In this document: positions 34,935-44,281 of the stretch, piece by piece
How the letters are laid out: the number at the start of each line of letters is the position of its first letter
How positions within the stretch are numbered: the stretch's first letter is position 1
Assembly: GCA_035531115.1 (NCBI GenBank)
Contig: DATKTP010000204.1
Coordinates: 4,155 to 68,154 of the forward strand
DNA from: Candidatus Deferrimicrobium sp.
Lineage (GTDB): Archaea; Asgardarchaeota; Lokiarchaeia; Helarchaeales; HEL-GB-A
Length of the DNA: 64,000 bases
Direction: 5' to 3'
Made by a program: the position numbers and the translations under genes
The notes under the pieces: generated by a model
Told to the model about the DNA's origin: nothing
Database searches by the model: none
The model's input: only the letters and a program-made list of their open reading frames with translations

Positions 34935-36803
34935 ATGAGGGACGATAAAAAATCTCGACAGAAAATGTTGGATCGCTTTCTTGGAGCCAAACAAAGTCCC
35001 TCTACAGTATTAAATTCTAAGGTAATTGAGGATTTGGCAGACATCAAGGTTACCTTTGGGCAGTATTTTACTCCTTTAGAAATTTGTAATTTTATGGTTG
35101 ATCTAATCTCAAAGAAAACAGATGCTCAAATCCTTGAACCCTCCGCAGGAGAAGGAGTATTTATATCTGCCTTATTGAAAAAAGGGTTTAATAGCATTAC
35201 AGCATACGAAATTGATCCTGCGCTTAATTCTTCTATAAAAGGTTTTAAAATTAATCGATGTGATTTCCTTCAATCGGATCCTGATTCAAAATATGATGTT
35301 ATAATTGGAAATCCTCCCTATGTTCATTGGAATAATATTCTTGAATCAACTAGATCTTTTCTTTTAAACCATCCATTTTGGCGGAACTACGTTAATGGTG
35401 AATGGGATCTCCTTTATCCGTTTATTATCTGGTCCATTGAAAAATTAAAGCCCTCCGGTGAACTCATATTCATTGTCCCCTACTTCTGGTTCAATTCCAC
35501 ACATGCTTACAGCCTACGGCAATATGTCATGGAACATGGGTATTTTGAGACAATCATTCATTTTGGCGAATTAAAGTTATTCAAGGATGCATACCCTAAC
35601 AGTATTATTTTTAAATATATAAAAAATAGTCCCTTTAGCATTGATAATAGGAAAGATTATAAAGTTATTGAATATATGCGAAGAACGGGCGAGATTTCTC
35701 AAATACTTCAAAAAATTTATGCTATTTATCAAAATTTTCCAGAAAACAGCGAAACTAGAAAGGATTTTTCTATCTTTTATATGAATCAGTTTGATAATGC
35801 CTTTATGTGGGCTCTAATTCCTCCTCAAACCAAAAAAAATCTTGATCTGGTCGAATACAATGCAACCATAAATATTCCATCAATTACTCTTACAAAATAT
35901 GGCAATCTCCCAATTACTAACCTATTTTCTACTAAAGATCTGAAAATTTTTAATATTTCAAACGTATCTACCAAAAAAATCCGCGCATTTAACTCCACTT
36001 ATCATATTCTTCAATCAAAACCTGATCAAGCCATCCACGGTAACTTTCTTCGTTTAAAACATATTTGTAAAGTAGGAGTAGGGATGGTAACTGGGCTCGA
36101 TGAAGCCTTTGAGTTGAACGAAGAAGAACTCCTAAATCTTAATTCAAATGAACAAAAAAAGCTTATTCCTTTTGTTAAAGCTAAAAATATTAGGCGCTAT
36201 TATGTTGAACGCCCCGCTCTTTTTATTTGGCTTGATGATGTAAAAGAAGAGAAAGATATACTTCAAAAATACCCTCATTTTTATCAAAAATTAATACAAT
36301 ATAAAGAAAAGCTCGAACAACGATTTGAATATAAGGAAGTAAAGTGGTTTCATCACTCGGTTTCTCGAAATTTACAATTATTTCAAGAAATGCTCTATTC
36401 TGAAAAACTCTTTGTGCCTGCTCTGGATCGTGCTAAAATTAGTCGTTTCGCCTTCACTGATCAGCCTTACTACGGAGGCAGCGACTGCATCGTAATTGTC
36501 AAACAGAATCAAATCCTCATAAAGGAAAATATACGATACCTCCTTGCATGGCTTAATTCTACCTTCATCAATCAATGGTACCGCATTAAAGGACCCCATC
36601 GCGGAGAACGTATCCAATATAGTCAGAGTGCATTAGAAGAAATCCCAATGCGGCTTATTAATTGGACTGATATCGACGAAATTAACATACACAACGATAT
36701 ATGTAATTATATCGATGCAATTATCCAGAACGCAGATATTGAATCTCAATATCGCCAGATCATTGATGAAAAAATCGAACTGCTTCTAAAAAAAGCGAAT
36801 TAA
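34935..36803 (+). CDS. N6-adenine DNA methyltransferase (gamma-class, Eco57I/TaqI-like with C-terminal specificity region)
   Basis: 622 aa. 'GQYFTPLEICNFMVDLI' (motif X), 'ILEPSAGEGVFI' (motif I), 'DVIIGNPPYV' (motif IV, NPPY). Confidence 0.85.
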   Translation: MRDDKKSRQKMLDRFLGAKQSPSTVLNSKVIEDLADIKVTFGQYFTPLEICNFMVDLISKKTDAQILEPSAGEGVFISALLKKGFNSITAYEIDPALNSSIKGFKINRCDFLQSDPDSKYDVIIGNPPYVHWNNILESTRSFLLNHPFWRNYVNGEWDLLYPFIIWSIEKLKPSGELIFIVPYFWFNSTHAYSLRQYVMEHGYFETIIHFGELKLFKDAYPNSIIFKYIKNSPFSIDNRKDYKVIEYMRRTGEISQILQKIYAIYQNFPENSETRKDFSIFYMNQFDNAFMWALIPPQTKKNLDLVEYNATINIPSITLTKYGNLPITNLFSTKDLKIFNISNVSTKKIRAFNSTYHILQSKPDQAIHGNFLRLKHICKVGVGMVTGLDEAFELNEEELLNLNSNEQKKLIPFVKAKNIRRYYVERPALFIWLDDVKEEKDILQKYPHFYQKLIQYKEKLEQRFEYKEVKWFHHSVSRNLQLFQEMLYSEKLFVPALDRAKISRFAFTDQPYYGGSDCIVIVKQNQILIKENIRYLLAWLNSTFINQWYRIKGPHRGERIQYSQSALEEIPMRLINWTDIDEINIHNDICNYIDAIIQNADIESQYRQIIDEKIELLLKKAN

Positions 36804-36907
36804 ATAAAATTCTTATAGGGAATACAAAATCGTTAGCTTACAATTTGAAACTTATTGAAATTTGATTGAATTATGAATTTAAGAAGAAAATGAAAGGAGA
36901 TTGTAAA

Positions 36908-38242
36908 ATGGCAAAATCTGAAAATGATATTGTATTTGTGGATGGAGTACGTACCCCTATGGGTAAAAGATATGGAAGCTTAAGTCAAATTCATACCGCT
37001 GCAATGCCATACCAACTTGTTCAGGGACTTTACAAAAGACTTTCTGGTTTTGAAGAACATAAGAATGAGCTCGAGGATGTTATTATTGGGTGTAATTCCC
37101 AAATTGGTGGTGGCGCTTTAGATATTGGGCGTGTCGTTGCCCTCTCATTGGGATTAACACCAGTTCCCGGTCTAGCCATCAATAGGCAATGCGCATCAGG
37201 GCAAACAAGTATGTGGATCGCCTCATCCGCTCTAATAGCAGGGTACGGCAACATGTTCCTTGCTGGTGGTGTCGAACAGCAGTCGAAATACGCGATTGGT
37301 TCTGATGTAGCAGAGTACGAGAAAAAAGAGATCCCAACATACAAGGAAAGTAAAGAAAATCCCGGACTTTTCGAAAAATCTAAAAAAACCCTAGAACTAT
37401 ACAAAATGACCCCAGGTCTTCCATTTGCTCAGGTGCTCAAGAATTATCCCGGTTTCGCGACTCAAATGATTGCCGCGGATCGAATCGCTGAAAAATACGG
37501 ACTAACACGGGAAGTATTAGACCGATATAGTTATCTCAGCCAAGTTAAAGCAACAAAAGCTATGAAAGAGGGAAAATTCAAAAATGAAATTATTCCTGTG
37601 CATATTGATAAGTGGAAAGATCCAAAAACTGGAGAAGTTAAAAAAGACTGGTATTATGATTATGACGAAATTATCCGCCCCGATAGTACTTTGGAAAAAA
37701 TGGCGAAGCTCCCCTTAGTGCCTGGCTGCAAATTCTTGACTCCAGGAAATTCCTGTCCTATTAATGATGGCGCAAGTATAACATTGATAGCAAGAAGAAA
37801 TTATGCCGAAAAGATGGGATGGAAATCCCGCGCGAAGAGTTTGGGCTTTGGCATCGTTGGTTCCGATCCCGAACTTATGCTTACGGGTCCTGCTCCCGCT
37901 ATGGCGAAAGCTTTGAAACGCGTCAATATGACTCTGAAAGATATGAATATTATTGAAATAAATGAGGCATTCTCGTCTGTAGTCGTTGCAGCTGGGAAGA
38001 TCCTAACTGACGAATACGGAATGAAAGCCGATTTCGGGCCTGATGGTGAGCAAGCTGAAGGTGGTCGTTTAAATCGTATGGGTGGTGCCATTGCACTCGG
38101 GCATCCTACCGCTTGTTCAGGATCCCGACTCGTAATAACAATGCTCAATGAGATGGATCGTCAAAAATATTCTTATGGTATTGCCTCTCTCTGTGTCGGC
38201 TTAGGAATGGGTATTGCCTGCGTAATCGAACGCGAAGGATAA
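36908..38242 (+). CDS. acetyl-CoA acetyltransferase (thiolase)
   Basis: 'VDGVRTPMGK', active-site 'NRQCASGQ', 'GGAIALGHPTACSGSR', 'CVGLGMG'. ATG 36908 is preceded by GGAGA (the track start, TTG 36866, is less likely). Confidence 0.9.
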   Translation: MAKSENDIVFVDGVRTPMGKRYGSLSQIHTAAMPYQLVQGLYKRLSGFEEHKNELEDVIIGCNSQIGGGALDIGRVVALSLGLTPVPGLAINRQCASGQTSMWIASSALIAGYGNMFLAGGVEQQSKYAIGSDVAEYEKKEIPTYKESKENPGLFEKSKKTLELYKMTPGLPFAQVLKNYPGFATQMIAADRIAEKYGLTREVLDRYSYLSQVKATKAMKEGKFKNEIIPVHIDKWKDPKTGEVKKDWYYDYDEIIRPDSTLEKMAKLPLVPGCKFLTPGNSCPINDGASITLIARRNYAEKMGWKSRAKSLGFGIVGSDPELMLTGPAPAMAKALKRVNMTLKDMNIIEINEAFSSVVVAAGKILTDEYGMKADFGPDGEQAEGGRLNRMGGAIALGHPTACSGSRLVITMLNEMDRQKYSYGIASLCVGLGMGIACVIEREG

Positions 38243-38270
38243 ATATCCTTCTTTTTTTTCTTTTTTTTTT
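38234..38270 (+). terminator. hairpin plus long T-tract after the thiolase gene
   Basis: GAAGGAT/ATCCTTC 7-bp stem spanning the stop codon, followed by a ~22-nt run that is almost all T. Confidence 0.4.
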
Positions 38271-38476
38271 GAATTCGTTACTTGTAAGCGCACTTCTTTT
38301 TTATCTAAATTCATTATAACTAATAAGAATCTGGTTGAATTTTTGGAAATGAAAAATTGATATCGATACTTGATTCCGTTTTACTCAAGTTATAAATTTA
38401 TGAAGGTTTAAAAAATATAATATCATTAAAAAAGTAATTAATGCTATTATGAATTTTATATAGGAAGCTGGGAAAG

Positions 38477-39151
38477 ATGGAAATCTCAGATTTTGCTCTA
38501 ATTTTATGGATTATTAATTTAATTGAAATGTTGATCGTCGCATATATCTTTTACAGAGAATATAAATTGCATGGGACGAGATTCTATATAGGTGTTGCAT
38601 TATTTTATGTTTTATTCGTTTTTGCAAGACTATCTGAACTAATCCGATTCTATCTTTATCCTAGTTCATTTCCGCCCTATTATACGTTAGATTTGAATTT
38701 TTGGTTAAAAACAACTTATACCATGCTATCATACATTGGATTAACGATAATTTACTTTGTCTTAGAGCGCTATATTTTCAAAGGCACGAAATATTTTTTT
38801 ACTATCCTTGTTCCTATTACGACCGTTTTATCTATTTGGATGACGGTCAGTGTTGCATATTATGACTTGATATTCAGTTTTGTCATTCCTCTTTATCTTC
38901 TGATTCTCTTTGGCATTATTTGTATGTACATATACTTAGCAATAAAAACCAGCGGTGAAGTTCGTAAAAACTCTATTATGATCATCTTTGGGATCCTTTT
39001 ATTTGAATTAGGTCTAGTATTCGCTTTACCTGAAGCCCAAAAAAGTATTTGGGCTGCAATTCCCACAGAAATCATAATATTATTAGCTCCTATATTCTCT
39101 ATTATAGGCGTACTTCTACAAATTCGTGGTTTTAAGACCTCCATCTCTTAA
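38477..39151 (+). CDS. polytopic membrane protein (about 7 TM)
   Basis: 224 aa, hydrophobic throughout. Confidence 0.6.
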   Translation: MEISDFALILWIINLIEMLIVAYIFYREYKLHGTRFYIGVALFYVLFVFARLSELIRFYLYPSSFPPYYTLDLNFWLKTTYTMLSYIGLTIIYFVLERYIFKGTKYFFTILVPITTVLSIWMTVSVAYYDLIFSFVIPLYLLILFGIICMYIYLAIKTSGEVRKNSIMIIFGILLFELGLVFALPEAQKSIWAAIPTEIIILLAPIFSIIGVLLQIRGFKTSIS

Positions 39152-39205
39152 ATTTCCTCTATTTTTTCTATATTTTAATAATTAGATACGGATTCAGTTT
39201 TTCCT

Positions 39206-39727
39206 ATGTTATTAGATTTCAACTTTACCTATTTATACTGGTTTTTGCTTTATGGAGTGATGATCGCCTTTATTCTATTTTTATACCACCGAAAACGCCC
39301 GGAAAGAGATGAATGGCAAAAAATCATTTGTATCAGCTTGTTTTTTGAAATACCTTACCAAATTTTTAATATCTTAGGGATTACCGTATTCAATCTCTGG
39401 CAAAACAATGCAAATTCTCCCTTTCCTACACTTTTTGGCTCGCCTCTTGAGACGATTCCCTTTGCATTTCTTGGGGCAGTCCTCAGTCTATTATTGTTCC
39501 GCTTCGCGAAAAATTGGAAAGAAAAGGGAATTTTATGGGTTTTTATCGGACTTCTATGCGCCCTTCAAGCTTATCTTTCAACTCTACTTGGGTTCCTTAC
39601 CTGGTTAAACTGGAATTTTCTTGCTAGTTTTTTATTTTGGTTGGGACTAATAGGAATTTTAATAGGGCTGGACTATATACCAAAAATGGGAAATAAATTA
39701 AAATTAAATGGAGCGAAAATTGAATGA
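39206..39727 (+). CDS. polytopic membrane protein
   Basis: 173 aa with ~5 hydrophobic helices. 4-nt overlap with the next gene. Confidence 0.6.
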   Translation: MLLDFNFTYLYWFLLYGVMIAFILFLYHRKRPERDEWQKIICISLFFEIPYQIFNILGITVFNLWQNNANSPFPTLFGSPLETIPFAFLGAVLSLLLFRFAKNWKEKGILWVFIGLLCALQAYLSTLLGFLTWLNWNFLASFLFWLGLIGILIGLDYIPKMGNKLKLNGAKIE

Positions 39728-40809
39728 ATTTCACTTTTATAATTCCCCTTTCTGCTGCCGTAGTTTTATTTTCCTTGGTAGTTTTAATTTTCAGGGCTTT
39801 CTTGAAAACAAGATTAAGTACTTTATTATTTCTTGCAATAATTCCTCTAAGTTTTGGAGTATGGATGGTGGATCGCACAATTTCTGCCGTATCTCCAATT
39901 TATATTGATTTATTTCGAATTTCCAATCTCTGTTACATCATAGGACCAATGTTTCTCTTGTATTTCGTTGATTTAATATCCAAAGGGTTTTTTTCATGGA
40001 AAAGTATTGTTTTGACTTTCTATGGGGGAATGTTGGCAGTAGGGGCTCTATTTGTAGACGCCTATAGTGTGTCATGGAATCCAAATTCGGGATGGGTACA
40101 AACGGTATGGGAAGAACCAATTTTCTATATATTTTTATATCTCTATATCCTTATTATCGTCTTAATATTTGAGGGGCACTTATTTACAGCCTACTCAAAA
40201 AATAAAGGTGATAATAAACAATTTTTAAAACGAATCAATATAGTTTTTCTTATTTCTATTGTGGGAATTTTCATTTTCAATGCTGCCAGATCACTCAGAT
40301 TAATTGATTACCCCTATCTTAATAGCATTGATACCCTCTTTATTGCTTTAGGGTTCGGTACACTTTCCTGGTGGTACTTGAAACGCTCATATCTCTTTCA
40401 CTTGGATCTTTTAGATGTCCAATTAATTGGATTACTTGTCTTTGATAACAATGGGCCCTTATTATATTCTTATGAATTCCAGTCAGAGGGAATAAGATCC
40501 AATAAAGACTTATTTGTAGGCGCTTTGGCAGGGATCGATTCACTTTTTAAAGAGGTTTTAGAGAGTGAACAGCCGTTAAAGGAAGTTAGACAGGAATCGA
40601 AAATAATTATTCTTGAAAGTGGAAAGGGAATAACTATTGGGCTCGTTACAAACCTCTCCACAATAATGACACGAAATTGGGTGTTCCAATTTAGAGTTGC
40701 ATTTGAAAAAGAATTTAAAGAAGATTTAGAAAATTTCTTTTTAACAGGTCTCGTTGGATTCGAAAATAAACCCGATCCCCTCGTAAAACGAATATTCCTC
40801 TACCAGTAG
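39724..40809 (+). CDS. 7TM-type membrane protein with C-terminal roadblock/longin-like domain
   Basis: 361 aa. ~230 aa of TM helices, then 'LIGLLVFDNNGPLLYSYEFQS...DLFVGALAGIDSLFKEVL...IIILESGKGITIGLVTN'. Confidence 0.65.
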   Translation: MNFTFIIPLSAAVVLFSLVVLIFRAFLKTRLSTLLFLAIIPLSFGVWMVDRTISAVSPIYIDLFRISNLCYIIGPMFLLYFVDLISKGFFSWKSIVLTFYGGMLAVGALFVDAYSVSWNPNSGWVQTVWEEPIFYIFLYLYILIIVLIFEGHLFTAYSKNKGDNKQFLKRINIVFLISIVGIFIFNAARSLRLIDYPYLNSIDTLFIALGFGTLSWWYLKRSYLFHLDLLDVQLIGLLVFDNNGPLLYSYEFQSEGIRSNKDLFVGALAGIDSLFKEVLESEQPLKEVRQESKIIILESGKGITIGLVTNLSTIMTRNWVFQFRVAFEKEFKEDLENFFLTGLVGFENKPDPLVKRIFLYQ

Positions 40810-40828
40810 ATTAAAAAAGAAAAAAAGT

Positions 40829-41785
40829 TTATCTATTTATCCCTTTATTTTCTCGCTGAATAAACTCTTCTACTTCTTGTTTCGTTAAAATAGCAAAATC
40901 TCCGGGTATTGAAAATTTCAAGGCTGACATCGCCTCCCCATATTTTATTGCTTTCTCGATGTCCCCTAAAAGATACCCATATAAGAAACCTGCATCGAAT
41001 GCATCCCCTGCCCCGATTCTATCCACCAAATTTGGCGTGTTACCTTTACCAAAATGCTCTTTCCCATTTTCCTCCAATATATAGGGTGGATTTGGGCCTC
41101 GTGTTAAAATAATGATTTTTAAAGAGAACTTTTCCAGTAATTTCGTGCATTTTTCTTTTAAATCAGCTTTCTCTTTAAATATTAAGTCTATATCTTTCTC
41201 TGAGCTAAATAAAATATCCACCTGTGGTAAAATTTCAATTAATTGTTTTAATGCTTTTTTAGGTGTTGTTAGTTTCGCTCTAAAATTAATATCAAATGAA
41301 GTTAATTTTCCTTTTTCCTTTATAAATTCTAAACACTTTTTTACCGCAACTTCACAATTTTGACTTAGTACAACTGTAATTCCGGAAGTATGAAAGAGTT
41401 TACACGAATTTAAATAAGTCCAATCAATTTCTTCTAACTTGATATTGGAAAAAGCCGAAAACTCTCGATCATAAATAATATTGGTTGGTCTTGGATCACT
41501 CCCAAATTCCGCATAATAAGTCCCTACCCTGTAATCTGGCGTCCAAATGATTCCATTAACATCAACATTCCAACGTCTTAATTCATTCTCAACTCTTCTC
41601 CCAAGCGAATTATCAGTGAGTTTAGATATCCACCCTACCTTCATTCCTAATCGTGAGAGTGCAACTGCGACATTTGACTCTGACCCACCTATCTTTAAAT
41701 CCAGTTTCGTTGTAAATTCTAATCTCTCATAATTTGGAGGTGAAAGCCTGAGCATGGTTTCCCCCATTGTAATTACATCTAGCAT
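40829..41785 (-). CDS. PfkB-family sugar kinase (KDG kinase/ribokinase-like)
   Basis: 'GGSESNVAVALSRLG' and 'GAGDAFDAGFLYG' PfkB signatures. Confidence 0.85.
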   Translation of the reverse strand: MLDVITMGETMLRLSPPNYERLEFTTKLDLKIGGSESNVAVALSRLGMKVGWISKLTDNSLGRRVENELRRWNVDVNGIIWTPDYRVGTYYAEFGSDPRPTNIIYDREFSAFSNIKLEEIDWTYLNSCKLFHTSGITVVLSQNCEVAVKKCLEFIKEKGKLTSFDINFRAKLTTPKKALKQLIEILPQVDILFSSEKDIDLIFKEKADLKEKCTKLLEKFSLKIIILTRGPNPPYILEENGKEHFGKGNTPNLVDRIGAGDAFDAGFLYGYLLGDIEKAIKYGEAMSALKFSIPGDFAILTKQEVEEFIQRENKGINR

Positions 41786-41817
41786 TTTTCCACGTCCTTC
41801 AATTTAAAAAATACTAT

Positions 41818-43185
41818 TTATGATTTTTCGAAACTTATTGCCCACTTGCAGGCATTTGCTCCCAACGCTTTACACTCAACTTCTTCCACTTTTAACAGTA
41901 TAGACTGCTCTACCATCTGTTTGCTCTTGCAAAAATTAAACACTCCGTTAATTAACCCCGTTGTAAAATAGCAAAGGGGCTCGTAAAAACGGAAATTATG
42001 ACATTCAAAGCAGTCTCTAATGATTATATTCAGCATTTTCCCTGAAAAGGTATGATCAATAAATTTATGAAAGAATTTTATCACTTCAATAATCACATCA
42101 GTCATGTTACCGAACCACATGCCCTCCGATTCATAGATAAGATCCGTTTTTTGACAGAAATCTGTTGCTGCATTCATCCCAGCATTAAAAAATGTTTTTA
42201 ATAAATCTCCCATATCCTCTCCTTTCGCCATTTTTAAAGCGTATGAATATATAGCTATTGGAGTATTTTTTAAATCAACCAGAGAAGGTGCTTTTTCAGC
42301 CCCTACTTTCTCAATATAATCACTCACAAGGAAGTAAGCCGCCATCTTCTTAGCGGTATTCAGATCGATTCCTGAAAGTTCAGCAAGATCCCTTATAGTT
42401 AGCCCGCCTTTATTTAATTTCAGGAATTCCAGACCCTTCTCACCAAAGGTACTTTCAACAATCTGTTTCTCAAGTGAATCCGCAAAAAACAAATTAATAT
42501 CTTTCGTTTTGAAAATATCTGTATCATGAACGACCGGCTGAATAAACAGTCTCAATAAATTATGCCAAACTAATAAAGAGATAAATTCAATAACCTTTTC
42601 AGAAGGAATCTGGATAATTTCTGATATTTCCTCAATCATTCGTTGTCCATTAATGTGCCTTAAAATCATTCGTTGTTGATTTGTTATCCCGTAATTTATT
42701 CCCCCCAATTCTACAGAGTTAAGTTCACCGTTGATTATGCGATAAATCAAATTAGCATCAATAATTTCAGGAATATGCTTTGGGATAATTAATTGTGATG
42801 GAAATTTACTGAGTATAAAATTCTTGAATTCTTGAAATTCTCCGACTTCTCCATTAAAATTTATTAATTTATTCTTATACCGTCTATCAAATTCTGCTAT
42901 TATTTCGATTAATTTCCGGCGAACTTCCACATCTTCCTTTTCACTGATTACGATTCCAAAAATATCTGTTTCTTTTTGATGTTCGATGAGAAGTTTAAAA
43001 TCCCCACGATCTAATGATTTAATACTTTGAGCATCCCCTATTGGCAGGACATCGCGCATAAATTGTTGAATTGCACTAAAGAACCCTCCTACCAAATCAG
43101 AATCGACTTCAATAGATCCGAATTTTTGGTGAAGTAAGCATAATCCGTCTCGATTAATTACATAAAGGTCATACAGGCGCGTCAT
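41818..43185 (-). CDS. roadblock/longin-like N-terminal domain + wHTH-like middle + C-terminal V4R domain protein
   Basis: 455 aa. 'LYVINRDGLCLLHQKFGS...DLVGGFFSAIQQFMRDVL...FKLLIEH...IFGIVIS'. C-terminus 'CFECHNF...EPLCYFTTGLINGVFNFC...VEEVECKALGANACKW' (V4R Cys pattern). Confidence 0.65.
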   Translation of the reverse strand: MTRLYDLYVINRDGLCLLHQKFGSIEVDSDLVGGFFSAIQQFMRDVLPIGDAQSIKSLDRGDFKLLIEHQKETDIFGIVISEKEDVEVRRKLIEIIAEFDRRYKNKLINFNGEVGEFQEFKNFILSKFPSQLIIPKHIPEIIDANLIYRIINGELNSVELGGINYGITNQQRMILRHINGQRMIEEISEIIQIPSEKVIEFISLLVWHNLLRLFIQPVVHDTDIFKTKDINLFFADSLEKQIVESTFGEKGLEFLKLNKGGLTIRDLAELSGIDLNTAKKMAAYFLVSDYIEKVGAEKAPSLVDLKNTPIAIYSYALKMAKGEDMGDLLKTFFNAGMNAATDFCQKTDLIYESEGMWFGNMTDVIIEVIKFFHKFIDHTFSGKMLNIIIRDCFECHNFRFYEPLCYFTTGLINGVFNFCKSKQMVEQSILLKVEEVECKALGANACKWAISFEKS

Positions 43186-43351
43186 TCGAAGATCTATTGA
43201 CTCTGATCATAATTAAATTTTATTATCTTTTAAAAAGAGTATAGAAATTTTAAAGACGCCAATTCAATCAATTGCTGCTTATTTGTATGAAACGCTCAAG
43301 AAATTAAAATAAAGGGGGACCTCTGAATAGATGCATATCGATAATTTACTC

Positions 43352-44167
43352 CTAAAATAGAAAAGTTACAATCTGTTTTGCAATATTCATTTTTGTTGCT
43401 TCTTCGGCTCCCCTAAACCCTGGAATTGTATTCCACTCAAGCAAATAGACTTTTCCCTCCTTAGAAGGAAGCATATCGACTCCAACTATATCTAATTCCG
43501 CGACTTTCCCGATTTCTTTGGCAACTTGAGAGGAAATGTCAGTAAAATGTTTAATATCAGGATCAATTTCCATCATTGCATCTATCGGTTTTGGAATCGC
43601 ACCAAAATGAAGATTTTTCAGAAATTTTTTTGGGTTATATCGGGCATATTGTACAACGATCCGGTCGCCTATCACTAAGATCCGAAGATCATAACCACGA
43701 TCAATGATTAATTCTTGGAGAAATAACGCATAATATTCTTCCAGTAATTCTTTCAAACGATTTTCAGTTTCAACCAACTCAATCCCAAGTCCTTGCGAAC
43801 TACTGATCGGTTTAAAAACCACTCTTTTATATTTTTTTAAGAATTTAATCCCGATCTCTAAATTTATAGTACAAAGAGTATCCGGCATAGAAATTTTATC
43901 TTTTAAACACCGGTTCCAGATCAAATAATTCGCAAATTTATCACTATTATATAAAGCTTTTAAAGAAGGAATAATTGTTACTCCTGCTCGCGTCAATTCT
44001 TCCAAAACACATAATCCGTAAATAAAATCATCTCGATGTTGCATAATGTCTAAAAAGAAGATCATTACATATTTTGGGTATCTCTCTAACGGGAAATTTA
44101 AATCCCCCCACCCAATTATTTGATACGATTTTCCTAAACGATTTAATTCTTCACTGATTCTCTGCAT
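43352..44167 (-). CDS. ATP-grasp ligase (RimK-like)
   Basis: 271 aa. 'VVFKPISSSQGLGIELV', 'LQELIIDRGYDLRILVIGDRIV', 'YLLEWNTIPGFRG'. Confidence 0.8.
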   Translation of the reverse strand: MQRISEELNRLGKSYQIIGWGDLNFPLERYPKYVMIFFLDIMQHRDDFIYGLCVLEELTRAGVTIIPSLKALYNSDKFANYLIWNRCLKDKISMPDTLCTINLEIGIKFLKKYKRVVFKPISSSQGLGIELVETENRLKELLEEYYALFLQELIIDRGYDLRILVIGDRIVVQYARYNPKKFLKNLHFGAIPKPIDAMMEIDPDIKHFTDISSQVAKEIGKVAELDIVGVDMLPSKEGKVYLLEWNTIPGFRGAEEATKMNIAKQIVTFLF

Positions 44168-44281
44168 TTCATAATTTTTCTTGCCAAATAACCAAATATC
44201 TGCTTCACTAATGTCATGAAACCTCCAAAAAAGAATAGTTTATTATAGGTATAATAATTCTTAATTCTTGTTGAGGAAATC

